Of a DNA stretch of 64,000 bases, positions 49,153-63,514 are shown one piece after another. Position numbers and translations under genes: made by a program. A model generated the notes under the pieces. It had not been told where the DNA came from and made no database searches. It saw only the letters and a list, made by a program, of their open reading frames with translations. Origin of the DNA: Tubiluchus corallicola (Eukaryota > Animalia > Priapulida); contig JAQGDQ010000066.1 in NCBI GenBank assembly GCA_030141605.1, positions 186,001 to 250,000 of the forward strand, given 5' to 3'. The first letter of the stretch is position 1. Each line of letters starts with the position of its first letter.

Positions 49153-51883
49153 ACTGCTTCCCCCCCTCTCTGTCTCCCTCTGTCTCTGAAGTTTGGTCAT
49201 AGATATGCATGTCCACCTTCCACGCATGACGTTCAGAAAGGTTAAATCCCGTGTGACAGTGTGCATTATATTGATGATACAAACCCTCAGATGAATATTT
49301 TATGCTGCAAGTGTTTCTCTTCCTATGTTATCCTGTCCTTCAACTGACCCTTAGGGCTTGGCATCTATTAAACTGAGCATGATTATGATCTAATTTGCAT
49401 GGAAGAGGTACCGAGTTTCAAGGATGAAGAGCAAGCTTATCGTTTGAAGCTGCTTAATTTGTTATCTGGGATTAATTTGAATTCCGCGTGGAGCTGTTCA
49501 ATAGAATTTGACGCTCTCAATCTATTCTTGCATTCAGGATAATTTCTTTGGAAAGGTCGCCGTAACCATTGCTTTTATTCTTGCGATGAAAATTTCTTTA
49601 CATATATATATATATATCAACAGTGCGTGGGTGGGATAAGGACTCAACCAACCCGGTAGAAATATGTTAGACCAAAAGCAATTGTACACTTTTATGTCGA
49701 GTAATAGAACTGCGCATGTAATTATAATTCTAGGAATGAAAGTAACCACAACAGCCACTAGGGGTCTCAGATTTTTTGAGGACTAGCAACCTCTTGACAA
49801 AGCATAAGAATAATGCCGAAACCTTCAAAGTAATTGTAACTAATCTTAAAGAAAACTATGACCTTTTATTGGATTTTGTGGGCATTTGTGGATAAATATA
49901 TTTCTGTTAAAAGAAAGGTTTCCAAATGATAAATCAAATTCCAGGAAGTATAAGCAAGATTTTACTTTACTACTAGAGAACAGTAATATTGCTCAAAAAG
50001 AAAAAGAGTAAGGTAGAATGTCGACAGAAATATTGTTTTTGCTGGTTTTATAATCTGGCTGATCAAGAAAAGCCATGTAAATTTGCCAGTAAAGGCTTTA
50101 CTTTTCCTGCCTGGCTACTTGCTAGTCCTTTGCTTTGTCTTCTATCACGTGTGGCTAATTGCTTTATTTGGCTGATTCTCGTAAAAAATCTGGAATTATT
50201 TTAACCTGCATGCCAGAAGTCACGATGTCTGAAGTCACCAGTGTTTGCAGCTGTAGCTCTGTATTGAAGGTTTTATTTAATTTGCGCTCACGGTGTGGAG
50301 AACAATAGAAGGGCGAAACGCAAGATCTAGAAAACAAAATTACATGTAGAGGACGAATGGATCGTTTTAACATGAAGGGCGATCTTATTATAAGGCGTGA
50401 TCTTAGAAGAACGTGTGATGATTTAAAAACCGAAAGAAAAAACCTTTTGGCGAATTCGCTTTGACTGGCTGAGACTTCGTGATCCGTGAGCCGTGATCGG
50501 TACCCAAGAGGAACATGTGCAACCTCAGGTCAGCCAGAAAGTCGTAAACGAGATAACCAGAACAGAATAACTAGTAGAAAATGCAACTTAAATTTGCACA
50601 TTGCACAGCAAATATTATTAGCTTTTCATTTCTGTCTCCTCTATTCCTCGTGCTGTATTTGGAATTTCGGCCATCAGATTGCTCACTTGGTCCAGTGCTT
50701 TGCTGTACATATCTAAATATCCTTTGTCCTGGTTGTTGAGGATAGTGCATAAAAACCCATTATTTGAAACATTCTCTTTAAAAGGAGTTGCAGGACACAT
50801 TCTAATTTCATCAGAAATAGTCGAGATAATTATATACCAATGTAGCAATGCTAAATTCAATTTCAGTCTCGAATCTTTAAGAATACACGTGCTCCGTGTA
50901 TTCAGTTTGTGTACTTCATCTGGGGAACGTGGTTCGTGCTGCAAGTTTTGTGTAATTTTTGTACTATAAATTCAGTGTCTCGCCATATGACCTGGGTTTC
51001 CCACCGCGTCTACGATACTTAGTTACTATCGCTAGATGAATTTGTTTGATTGCATGTGCGTGTAATCTTCAATGTAGGCATATGTGTTGGTCTTTTTTTT
51101 GTACGAAGTGCCCCACACAAGATCATTGACCACTCAACGTAAGGAGCTACGAGTAAAAAGATGAATATGTGATGAAACTCCGGAGTAGGATAATTCATAT
51201 AACTAGTTTGCTTTGTTTATAGAAGACCTCTGAAGGTCTCTGAATGATGGTATATAATGGACGGATACTTGATATCATTGTAAGCTTTTCGCAAGGAACA
51301 ATATACAGTTACGGATACTTTAGGGCCTTCTTCTGCGGGTATAATATTTATCATAATATTAGTCGTAAACGACTAATGTATAAGGACATCAACTTAAAAT
51401 TGCATGTTGAAGAGAGAACTACGCTTATTAAATGAAATGTACTATGTTGCAAAAGTGACTTTCATATTTGAGGAGTTAGCAAAGAAAGTATTATCCCAGT
51501 CAAATGAATACGTCTGTAGATTGTCAGCTGAAACCAATCCACCATTTAATTTTGTTCTGGCTCGCTCGTTGTTTCTTAAATTTTTTAAAAATGTAGTGGA
51601 TTTACGTTGCCTCTGCTCAGAATCATATAGTGGAATAATTGATTAGCTCAGGATGCTAAAATAAGATGGATGTAGAAGAAAATGCTTTCAATTCCTGGGC
51701 TAATCATTAATGAAGCATGGAGATCTGTACACTGCTCAAAAAGCGCCTCAGTTAATTTGAACTCTTATCATTTACATACGCTTCTTGTATTTTCTTTGCT
51801 AGCTATTCCAGCTATGTCTAATTAAACATAAACTCCCCAATCTATGTCAGCGGCATGTGTCGATTATACATGTGGGTTTTTGT

Positions 51884-51990
51884 AATTCGGTAGCCCTTTA
51901 ACACCCTATACTGGGTGAGCCCTCGATAATCAACATGATTAGCTTCCGTCTAAGAGCAGCAGCTCTGAGCAATCATGCAACCGACCGTGA
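51884..51990 (-). mobile_element. Decayed SINE fragment (Nin/Deu-like core plus tRNA head)
   Basis: ggtagccctttaacaccctatactgggtgag...ttccgtctaagagcagcagctctgagcaatcatgcaaccg resembles a reverse-strand SINE. Confidence 0.3.
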
Positions 51991-53479
51991 GCAGAATATG
52001 AACTAGTCAACCCCATACTAGGCTGATCCAATTAAATCCTCGCCACTTTGTCAAGGATTTGTTGACGAGTGTTAACAAGGTTTTTTCCTACAAAGGTTAG
52101 CTGTTTTTAAAACTGGACGTTTGTTGAGAGGATCTGTGAACAAAGGCACATATCTTTAGATTTCCTATTCGTTTACGTATAATCACATTTGTTGGTGCTC
52201 TAAACGAGGCTGTAGCTCTAACTGATAGTTACCAATGCCACTTAAATGCTTGTTCTGGTATTATAGTGATATAGTTTATCCAGGGCTTGTGTTGTTGGTT
52301 AACAAAGCCTCCACGTGGCAACCTTGGAAACAGGATCCAACGATTTATTTAAGAAATTTGTATTGCAATATGTGTTTGTGCTTAATCATTTTTGCAGTAT
52401 TATTCTTTAAACATGATTTTTTATTTTCTTTGCTATCTTCTAATCATCTACAGAAGTTTAAAAAAGAATTCTGTTGCTGTTACTGGATGAGTTTCTTCTA
52501 TATAGTTTTTACGGCTGTTATCTATAATTTTACCATGCGTCTTTTATGCCAGTCTTTGACTACTTGAATTATCTCTGTCTGCTAAAAATCACTGAATTCG
52601 TTTAAACGTGCTTCTATCTTTACTGATTTCTCCCTGGGGGTACATCCTCTGAGGAGAGGAGTTAACTTATACGTCGTCTCTCTGCTGAATTCACCATTTC
52701 TTATGGTTATGTAAAATTAAGTATGCACTTAACGCATGACTGCTACGTTTATATCCACTGACAATTTGTGTCAACTTGTATATAAATATGGTTGCATTTG
52801 CTATGTGATTCAGGTCTAAACAGTCAAGTTAATTTTTGTTTGCAACGAGCCATGTGCGTACTAGTTGTGATTGCTAGTGCACCTTTTGACTGCACTTGTC
52901 AACTTTAATAACTGTGCCTGAATTTACTATGATTAGCAAGCTTCTATATCCGTTCAGCCCTGCGCACGCCTACTGTGATTACATCCCTTGCCAGCCTATT
53001 AGCTGAGTTATGACAAAATTGGCCCTAATTACCGCAATTATGCAAATTTATTCTGACATCTGCTGAATCATTAGCTGAGGAGGTGACAGACAGAATTTAA
53101 TTACGAGTGTGGACGGTCAAGCTGCCAAAGCCATGTACTTTGCTAAAGTCTTACCCTGTCTAGGCATGGCGGCGGTTGTGGTACTAGGAATGCCGAGTTT
53201 GACTGTTTAATGGAAAGTCTCGCGGAAGTTTAGAGCAATACTTTTAAAGAGCGTTTAAAGGCTTTACTGATATTAACTTGTTAGTTCTACAGATACCACG
53301 CAAGAAGAAAGGAAACCCGAATCCTAGCTACGTTCCTCCTGATAATTCTGGGCTGGGTGTGGTTATGTGTGGTGTCGATAGGGTGTGGCGGCCTTAATGA
53401 GCCGAAGTGTGGGTTTTGATTACCGTCAGCAGTCACTGTACTAGCTTGGGATTAGTTTCAATTGTCAGTTTTATTTAGT

Positions 53480-54520
53480 GCTTATCATTAAGACTTCTGG
53501 AGCTTCCAAAGCCTCTTCTGCTTTATCATTAGTTTTTCCATCTTCCTTGTCGGTCTGAATTGTTGTTTTTCTATGTATACTATCGGTTTTAGTCTCTCTT
53601 TTTCTCATCAGTTCATCATTATTCTTGTCTTCAATTTCACGGTACCACCATGTCGGTCACTAATTTCATGATGTTCCTCATTTGCTACAACGTGCCATCA
53701 GTGATCACCAATTTCAATGTTTGATTGTGTTCGTTTTGATTGTTAGCGTTATTTATTGTTGATTGATGCTTTTCGACAAGATGTGTTCATATAATTGTGC
53801 TTGTTTGTATAGTAAGGGTAAGTATTAATTTGTGTCCTTAACAATGTCCATGTCAATGACTTTCTGTATGTTTAACTGTCTAGAAGTTGTGTAATTGTGT
53901 TCAGTGTTCATCACTAGTGGCTTCCTGTGCGTCTTCCGGCATAGGTATTATGTATTCATTCTTGCACGTCTCCCTGCACAATTGATTTATGCTAGCGGTT
54001 AATTTGATTTCACATGTAGTACAGGACTTACCGTTCAACAAAGGATGATTTGGAAACTTGTTCAATGTTTTTGTTAAAGTTAGGTGTCACGTGGTTTTGG
54101 TGCTCTGAAAATGCGTATAGGCTGCCCAGAACGCTGTCCTGAGCAGAATTTGTTAACTAGAAACATCTGATAAACGCTAAATATACGCCGCGTACAGAAT
54201 GTAGAGAATGGATTGTGATGCGACGGTTGGTCCGCGATATCTGCAGAGAGTCCGGAGATGTTCGTAGGCAATCCGGTTTGTACTGCAAATTCGCGGGCAC
54301 GGGCAATAAGTAACTTATTACAAATTGGCGTATTGCGTGGTTTTGTAATGATTCAGGTAGTCTGGTGATTATGCTGAGGGAAAACAGACCAGTCGGCCTG
54401 CCGACAGTTTCGCATATACCGCCAGATGATCCGTATGTTCCGCGGCTAGCTCGTCGGATATGTCATACTTGCCGGATAGCGCGCATATAATAAACATTCC
54501 GTCTCTTCCTTCGACGTACA
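53480..54520 (-). mobile_element. Possible decayed Ty3/gypsy gag-region relic
   Basis: Minus strand PLLNGKSCTTCEIKLTASINQLC (~54043-53975) resembles the gag CP..GK.C..C....H...C knuckle; A-rich coding-like skew with many stops. Confidence 0.3.
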
Positions 54521-57059
54521 TTTGTATGTTGTTATGCCGTTAATGCTGATACTACGTAAAAGCAAACATATAACATTTAGCCTCTATTTATTTTATGTGG
54601 TTAATAATAAATACTCTATCATACTTAATGTGATGATTGGTGAATTTATGAAAAACCGAATAATTTTCAAAAACATTTGCCTAGGTATGCTCCTTTTTAA
54701 ATTAGTTGTTTTATCAGGAATTAATAATGCTATTTTGTAATAATACTTCAGGTAAATTCAGTAGTATAGATATAGATTCGTTGATGAAAGAAGAGCAAAG
54801 CTTTAAAATTGAACTGATTGCTTCAATTACCACAAAACAAAAGATTTTACAACACAGATTGCTAATTATGTATAAAATTATTCTATATGTTTTGCTATTT
54901 AGAATGCTTCAAAGGTTTCAAATTGTGTTTTACGTTTGCTTTAGAAAAGTTATGGTTCATAAACAGCAAAAACGTCATGTACGTAGAATATAGTTGTTTT
55001 ATCATTGTACAGCCAACAAAATTTTGAAACGAAACGAAATTTATTATTTACAGAACACCTGACGCGACAAGTATTTTGTAAATACACTGTAATAAATTTC
55101 TTTTCATAATTTTCATAATTATACAATAATTCTACCTAAGAAGTCATTTTTGAATATAAAAGTTGTTTTATGTTTATTAAATCCCTAAGTTTGGTTCATA
55201 AAGCGTTTAACAAAACTTTAAGATCACACAGGAAAATAATTTTCTCTCGCGTAGACAGATCTTCTACTTCATAAAGCACTCAATGTTTTTTAAAATAAAA
55301 TATTGCGCCAAGCCAATTTTTTCCGTTACTTTTTAAACATTCGCCCAGCAGTAACCATGATAGTAACAATTCGCTTTAAAATATTGTACATAAAACCACA
55401 GAACCTCGTTCTCATGTAATGTACGTATTTCCTATATGCCCGTAAATGTATAGGAAACTGCCATTTCAAAATGTCGCAGATGCACCACCTGGAGATTCAA
55501 CTTGCTTTGTTGCGCCCACGACGTCATTTAAATAATAAATTTTGGAAAAATTCTTCGCCGGGTTTAATAATGCAGCATTTTGCCGAGTTGATAATTTTAT
55601 TACGCGCATTTGTGTCGGAATACGTATATGCGTCTGCATGTTAAAATTTAATATTATTGACATTATCGGATAATAGCTGTTTACAGAAATTTTGCATTAA
55701 GCGAAGGAAATTTCTTGAGCTCGGAGCGCATCCATACTTTTCACTGCAGATCCCGGCGTGTGTGTAACTACAAATAGACTTGTAAATGCATAAAAATTAA
55801 AATATTTTTGCTTGAAATACATTATAATATGGTTTTCTGGTGTACGTTGCAATAAACTGCTGGCTATAAAGATTGCTCGATCAGTACAGTAAGTTTTATA
55901 GCAGTGGTTAGCCGGTCTTTTAACCATAAGGAAAACTCGCTGCGTCGAATGGTTTTGATTGTGATTTTACCTGTTCGTTTGAGAGGCCAGTGTCTGTACT
56001 AGAGACTGAAATTATACTGTGACATTGATGTCTCGACTTTGACCTTTACTTCCATATTCGTAAGAAAAAAACAGACCATTAAGGGCATAACTTCAGCCAT
56101 ATAACTTCCTTTACAATTATAAAACCCAGAGGTTAGCAACTAATTATGTCTCTCTTAAATTTAATAGTGCCCTTTGCTTTCACCGTTTTTGTTCCACCCA
56201 CTGCAAGCCAGCATTCGTCGTCTGAGTTTGCTGAGTGCCCCCTGTTTGTGGCAGGATCAGAACGTAGTTCTCTGTTGAAGATAACAAAGCGCTTTTGCTT
56301 TCTTGATTCTTTACCTATTTATTTATTTATTGTGGACAGGATTGTTTATTCACTTCTGAAGGCGACCAATGCTAATTGTGAAAATATTAGAACAGTTCCT
56401 CAATCCAGTCAGAGCTGCTATCAGTAATAGACTAACGTGTCAGATTGTCTGTCCAGTGCCTATCGATTCCAGCGTTAGCGTGGGTAAAGTTAGCCTCAGT
56501 TTGACATTTCGAATGGAATCATTTCGCTTACTAGAATTGTCAGTTGAATTGTTTCGCTTGTAGAATTTGCTCTTGGACATGCTTGAAGCTCACTAATCGT
56601 AAATACAGCGCACACATTAATGCGCCGAAGAGTGCGCTTTTCCTGGAACCAATTCAGCCTTCTCGACATGAAAACGATAAATCCTTCCCGCGAATTTACT
56701 CCTTTACTATCAGTCCAGCGCTTGATTTGAGCATTTGCAGTCCAAAAATGATGGCCAGCATTCGACTGCAATTATTACTGCTGATGTACTTATTTCTGTG
56801 AAAGCTTTGAGATAACCAATCACGAAGCACGTCGTTAGGGTTACTTAAGTGCTATACTACGAAGACGCCGTTTTAATGGTGAGTTAAACTGTTTTAGTTT
56901 TTCACCTCTTCCCGTATTGGAAATGGTTTCCACTAGATATGAGACATTCAATGGTAATGACCATTAACCACAGTGCTGCTGCTGCTGTGATGACGAAGAC
57001 GACGACGGTAATGACGTTGGTGGTAGTCGGGGAGCTGGTGGCGCTAAAGACAAAGACAA

Positions 57060-57247
57060 CATTTATTTACCGTCACTCATTTAACAGACAACTTTAGCGA
57101 ATTGCACTTACTACAATACAGGTAAAGACGCAACAGGCAAATATGAATAACATCTAAGGTGTATGCCCTGGCGTTGGCAGCCGCTAGTCTCGAACTCAAG
57201 ACTACGTGATTGTAGTCCGAAATCTAAACCACTCGGCTACCCAACCC
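57060..57247 (-). mobile_element. tRNA-derived SINE
   Basis: Minus strand GGGTTGGGTAGCCGAGTGGTTTAGATTTCGGACTACAATCACGTAGTCTTGAGTTCGAGACT: clear A box (TAGCCGAGTGG) and B box (GAGTTCGAGAC), then an unrelated body ending in AAATAAAT. Confidence 0.7.
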
Positions 57248-60200
57248 AGGACAATGGCGCCTGCTGGTGGCGTCGACAGTGGTGATGGTGGACAGTGACT
57301 CAACGGTGACGAGGAAAAAGTTAATGAGAGTGACATGGTTGTCAGTCATTGCGTTTTTCATCAATGCTGTAAGAGTTGCCTCCTTTACTGCTGTTGCCAT
57401 CGTCGTGGTCTTTATTGTTCAATATTGTCATAAATGCTTACTAAGTCAAATCACAGCAAAGCGAAGGCCGATTTTGTTGGGTGTGTACAGCGACTCTCTA
57501 CAACTGAAAAATCCGAATAATTACCCCAGATGTGTTCAACGTTTCCTCGTGGTTTTTGCTAGTACTTACACGTTTATCACTGTCGTCATATCACCACTGA
57601 CCTTTAAAATTGGCAACAGGATCGTTTTATGGCTTCTCCAGAGAAGCCACTGATCGTAAAATTTTTCATAATTACTACATAAATCTATGAGAATCTCATA
57701 ATTGAGAGTACTGCTTCTAAGTATAGGGGGCAAAAGACGCTAGTACGCATGCGTAAAGACTCTCTGACTGGCTTCATAAGTGGAAAGCATGCATGAAAAG
57801 ACTCACTGTAGCTGATGGTTTAGCGGTTTTCGATCAAGCGATGCTAAAGGTCAACTTGAATCAATCCATAATTGTAAATCAGCTCCGAATATGCCAGCAT
57901 TGACAATGCATAAACACATACTGTTCTTTGCTATATAAAATGTACTTAGAATTAGAATTTGTTTATATTTTACTCAATATTATATGTTAGAACATGTAGA
58001 ACATAATAAAATAAAGTAAAAGGTCTAATTGTCAACAATATTATTTAGTCATTGAATATCAGCATATAGGCGAAGGGAGGAGCAGTCTATAATCATCTCC
58101 TCATGCTTCCTTTTTAATGCTTTCTCGTTATGATAATAAGTATTATCAGTGCTATTTATAAATGTCCTAGTAATAAATAAGAATATAGTAGAATAGTAGG
58201 ATGTTCTTCTACTAAAATAAGAATATGTTGTACTTATAGTGTATAAACAGGTTCGTAATTGCAGCAAGTAACGTTACAGACGTTTGTCATAATGATAATG
58301 TTACTTATGCACTAGTTTTGCCCTGAATTTTCTGAGTATTGGTTGTTATCTAGGCTGAGTTCCCAGCCACGAATAATAATTTCGTTTGTAAAACAGGCAA
58401 AAAGAAGGGTAGTTTAGTAAACCCTTTCATGATGTGTTGTAATATGATATATTATTTCTGTCACTTTTTACTCATTCTCGGATAGCCCAAGTATTAGCTA
58501 AGCTTTCCGTGGAAGAGTTGAAAAAAAGATCGTGAATTTATAATGCTAAGCTGCAAGTAGCTCAAAGTGAAGTCAGCTGATCTTTTGAAACAGTGATTCT
58601 CATACGGAAGGTACTTGGCGTACAGGGCAGAAATGTCAAATCTGAGAGAGTAAATTCGGTTAAAGGAGGAACTCCCATACTGGGAAAGAATGTTCTCTGT
58701 ACAAAGTGCGCTACTAATATACAACTAATATACAAATGAATTACCAATAGACGCGAGTTGGTTTATCTGCCAAAAGATTAACCTCAATCTAATTAAGATT
58801 AACGCTAACTAAAACTTATATGGAAGTTTTTCGTTTTGAGGATTTTGTTTTTATCCTTTTTTTATTTCTTTTTGGTGGCACGTGATAAATCACTTTTGAC
58901 CTTCCTAATATTATGCTTGTTTGTTACATCAAATACAGTACTTGGTTCATTAAAATGAAGATTTCTTTTCAATTTGATTAAAAAGAAATTAGTGTCATAA
59001 ACTACTCACCTGTCAAAGTAAATGCGAAAAAATTATTAGATAACTTTTCAGAATGGTGGAGGAATTAAGGTAACCAGGAATCGCAAGGGAAGAAATGTGA
59101 CCCAAAAGGGAAGAGCTGTGATCTTTAGACGAGAACCACTAGTCTAAAGTTGCAGAACATTTTAATCTATTTTTCAATCTATTCTAGTAAAGGAGAAACT
59201 TTGTGAGAAAATTTGAGCAACACATGTTTCAATATGATATTTAGAGTCTAAAGGTGTCTGTAAAAATTTTAAGGCTCAATCGCTGTCCCCGAAGTCTAAC
59301 AATATTCTGCTTCAAAAATTTTAATAATGTTCTTGCGGTGTAAGATAATCATCAGTTTAGGCACCCGTCTTCTCCCGCTATAATTTAGCAGGCATTCTGT
59401 GAAAGTTGATTTCACGATAATTGACGACGCTGTGCCATTTCGTTTCCTCTGACCAGAACACTGAAAGTAAGTGATTGAGAAAGAAGCCATTAGTTAGCCA
59501 TTTTGTCTGCTCATTAATGTTTTACAACAAGTCGCATTACTGTCTGCGGAAGCCTCGTGTCTGATTCTGAACTAAACTTGGGATCGATTACGGCATTCTT
59601 GCAGTTTTTGCTTGTGCCATTTTACTTCACCTTACTGACAAAAATTCAAGTAATAACAAAAATGCGCTGCGAGCAGAAGTACATTTTTATTATAAAGTTT
59701 TGGAAAGTCATTTCTTTAGGCTAAATTTCGTGACTAATAGGTCTTCTTGGCCATAAAAGAATTCTAGTAGACCTATATTGGCAAATTGACCAGTAGAAAA
59801 TTTGGATGGTGCTGTAGTTATAGCATTGTGTTTGCTAAAAAATGCCTTTTGACATATTAGAGCGTTTTTACTGATTTGACAGGAGTATCGTGTGATAGAG
59901 AAGTTGTTGCTGTTACATTGATTGATAGTATGATTCCTTTCCAGCTTACCTTCTCGTAGATTAAAGATCGTTTATCTTTAAGTTATATATATATGTGTTT
60001 GTGTATATGTATAAATCTCGTTTTATATCTCCTAGATATTGTCACCATCTCCACCTGGAGGGTTAGAAGTGTATGGCAAAGATTCAACAATCCTTAAGTA
60101 AAGTAAAGTAAAGCATTCTTCAGTCTTGTTTTCGAAATAATTCTCTTTGTATAATTTAAAACAAAGTCTGAATTAATTACCAAAATAACTTGCTATCAAT

Positions 60201-62098
60201 TGCGCAATACATACAATGAAAGTAAGTGTTGTAAGACGGCCAAGACGGTCACAAGAAATTCCAAGGTCACACAAAAGGGTCAGTCTGTCGGTTAAATTTC
60301 CACGAAAGTACATTGTGCGAATCCACTGCCGTCTTTTGTTAGGGAACTGGGATATTTTTATTGCCAATTAAAGAACAACAATTAAAACTGCAATCGCTAA
60401 GCGGTTTATGCAAACTGTTTTATTGTATAGTTATGAAGCATCTCCTTCCTTTGGCAGTTTGAGGGTTAACAATCCACTTCTTGAGTTCTTGGTGATTGTG
60501 GTGCTCTGGTTTACATAGTTCTCCTGAGAGTACGTCATTGATTTATCTCTGCCTATCGCACCTCTCCATTCAGCTCGCAAATGTTCTCTACTTTTCTTTG
60601 ACGAGGTTTTTAGACTTTTTGTGGTCTCTCTCTCTGAGAAGAAGTTCGCTGTGGGAAATCAAGGCGGCGACGAAATTGTGTGCAATTCTCTTCCCTTGGT
60701 CGTAAATCGTGGACTTTACAAAAGTAATGAAAACTTCAAAAACATTATAGTTCAAGCAGAAACCAGTTTCTGTATTGTCAGTTAAATGAGCGCATTACTT
60801 GCATCACTTTATTTCTTTTCATTACTAACATGCTGGATGTATTTATGTCTTATCTTCGAGAAGTAGCATTAATTTTATCATATACTGGCTATGAGGAAAT
60901 TTGTTTTAGGTGTACTTGTACTTTATAGTAACATATCAAACATTTCATGTGAACGTCCTGCATGGTACGTTTAGCTGTTCTGTTAGTTGTTATGAGTTGA
61001 AGTTGGTTACAAAAACACATTGAACAAACGGAGAAGCATTTGCGACATTACTCCTTTTTTATTTTCCTTGAACACAAAATAACAAAACAAAACACCTAAG
61101 CTGTCACCCTGAGCAGCCGATATTACTTCAATCTCTACAACAACTAACTAACTAGGTTCAAAATCAAGTTACAGAATTCAGGTGAGAAGCCAACCTGGCG
61201 CATAAATTAGAATCGGCAGGCGGGTCTTAACATAGTGCCACAGTACAAAATTTAGTGCATATGTGCATTAGCACTATTTTGTGCCTCAGCAAACTGATTT
61301 GTCTGATCAGTAGCCCTTGTGTTTTTTATTTTTACAAGCTAAACTTTTCAAAGTTGTCATGGTTATACTTTATCTTGTATTTTGTACAATAAAGTTAGTT
61401 AAATGTCTGATTATTAAGACATTCTCACGTGTGGCGACATTGAGTTTTTCAGCGCGAAAATGAGTGTATTTGAAACTAATAGGCCTCTCCTATGTCTTTT
61501 TCTGTGTGATTGGGTGATTTTACTTTTTATCTTTCCAACTGTTCCCAGTGTGCGTTGCCTGTTGGACAAAGTTATACCTAAGACTAAAAGATTTGAAATC
61601 ATCTTTGAATGCAGTCCATGGGGGCACGGCAGTTGTCTAATTGATGGATTTGGCTCTACTGCGAGAATGTAATTGTAACCTTTTGTTTAACCCGCCCATG
61701 TAAACCCTCCGTGTACAATTAAAAGTACCAGACGATGGCACACAAAAGCTATGCTAATTAAATGATGTTGAGTTAATTAGAAGGAAGTTGTTATATAGTC
61801 TTTGTTGTCGTCGTCGTAGTAGTAATTTATGCCGCTGCATAATTCGGCTATTAAACATGAGGGCTTCATTTCAGTGAGGTCATTGGAAATCATTTTCACT
61901 CGCTGGCAACTCATTAGTTTCCTTTAGTCCTCACCATGTAGGCATCAGTTAATCAGATGTAAAGTTGACTTCAATTCGTGCATGTTTGAAGCCATGTTAA
62001 TTGCCTGAAAACTCCGAGAACTTCAGTTTAATGCGAAACTTTTACTGATGTACAATAACTGATGAATTAAATGTATAGCTTCTTAAGTGGCCCTTACG

Positions 62099-62279
62099 TA
62101 GCATGCGGAATGCGCATGCGTTACAAGAGTTCGGAATAGATAAAGTCGGTTTATAACTTTATATTGTTTTCAATGCACCTGTTTATCAGACTTGCGTTTT
62201 GCGTTATTTTTTCTGCAGTTATTTTCTGTTGATTTTTTTTTATTCCGCAGTGTATAACGCATACGCATTCCGCATGCTA
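62099..62279. mobile_element. ~180-bp MITE
   Basis: TAGCATGCGGAATGCGCATGCGTTA at 62099-62123 and its inverted copy (24/25 identical) at 62255-62279; terminal TA may be the target duplication. Confidence 0.78.
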
Positions 62280-63248
62280 GGAAGTTGAGTGTACGAATTC
62301 ATTCGTGAATGTCCCTGATCGACGTTAGTATTTAGTATGATATTTTAAGAAAGAAAGACTAATAATTATGGCTATAAATATTTTATTTTCGTACTTATTA
62401 ATGGCACGCGCGCTGAATAGCTACTGAGTAATAAGCGGTTACGCTAATTGTAATATGTGCGAACAATAAGCTGCATATATTATGCATTAAGATCCTGGCG
62501 CAGATAATTATACAGGCAGAATTTCAGCTTAGTAAAATCGGACTTTTTTATTGGTATAACATCAAGGTTTTTGTGGGCGTAGTTTAGAAATAAAGTTTGA
62601 GCTTGAGTTGTAGAAGCAGTAATACGGCTAATATGATACTTAAATCAATTTCTTATTAAGGTTTGCTTTGATATAGTGTGAAGGTACAGCGTACTTATGA
62701 GGTGTTTTTATGAGGATTCATTGGATTATATAATTACACGGATTTCGTGAAAAGGAGTCTTGAATTTTCGTGCAGGACCTGCTGCTCCGTCCGCGTGTTA
62801 TTTCAGTGAATACCTAATCACAGGTGTAGCAGTTGTATTGATTCAGATGTTATAAGTATTGATCGCTCGAGTAACGAAGGTGTAACAACTGTAAGTAATT
62901 GTTCTCACAATCGAGGTGCCATTGCGAGCTAATGTTCCGAACTTCCAAACGTAATGTACGCCATATCGATCAGCCGATTATGAGCCGAGCTAATTTTAAT
63001 TCTCGTGCAACGTTAAACTAATGCATTTATAACGTTTTGTATACGTGTTTTGGCATCTGCACTATTCAAAGTGGTAATTTAGCGTACTGCTTGATCATAT
63101 TTTTAACTGACAGCGCCACTGTTTGTACTAACCAATGTGGCCATCTACAAACTTGAGTTATTGTGAATTAAGTCCAAAAACTGTTTAAAAGCCTTTGTAA
63201 ATTTGCCCGAATCTGTTATTTCAGTTACGAAATTGTTAATTAATTAAC

Positions 63249-63514
63249 TTTTATCCGCGAGCGCTAACGTTATTATTTATTATATTAGGCATCTATTTTC
63301 CACTTTTTAACTTGCAAACGCAGAGGGCTAAAGTAACCAAACTTGCAGGGTAGAGACACCTGGTATAGGGTCCTTGAATTTTTTGTCAGGTTTTTGGCAT
63401 TCAACTCCTCCTAGGCTGAGTTAATTTCAGTTTTTTCATAGGTATTTAGGCATTGGGGGATAATGTACGCGTTTTAATCCGCGAGTAGCGCGAATTGCAA
63501 GAGAACTTATTGTT
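63249..63514 (+). mobile_element. Hairpin-terminated element (HINE/DINE-1-like), second instance
   Basis: 5' TTTTATCCGCGAGCG and 3' TTTTAATCCGCGAGTAGCGCGAATTGCAAGAGAACTTATTGTT, similar to the reverse complement of 36496-36540. Confidence 0.5.

Noticed and set aside
57160-57247. tRNA gene
   Set aside because: A and B boxes are present but no proper acceptor stem or cloverleaf; called as a SINE head.
58494-58760. Minus-strand ORFs faintly like a LINE C-terminus
   Set aside because: Similarity too weak to call.
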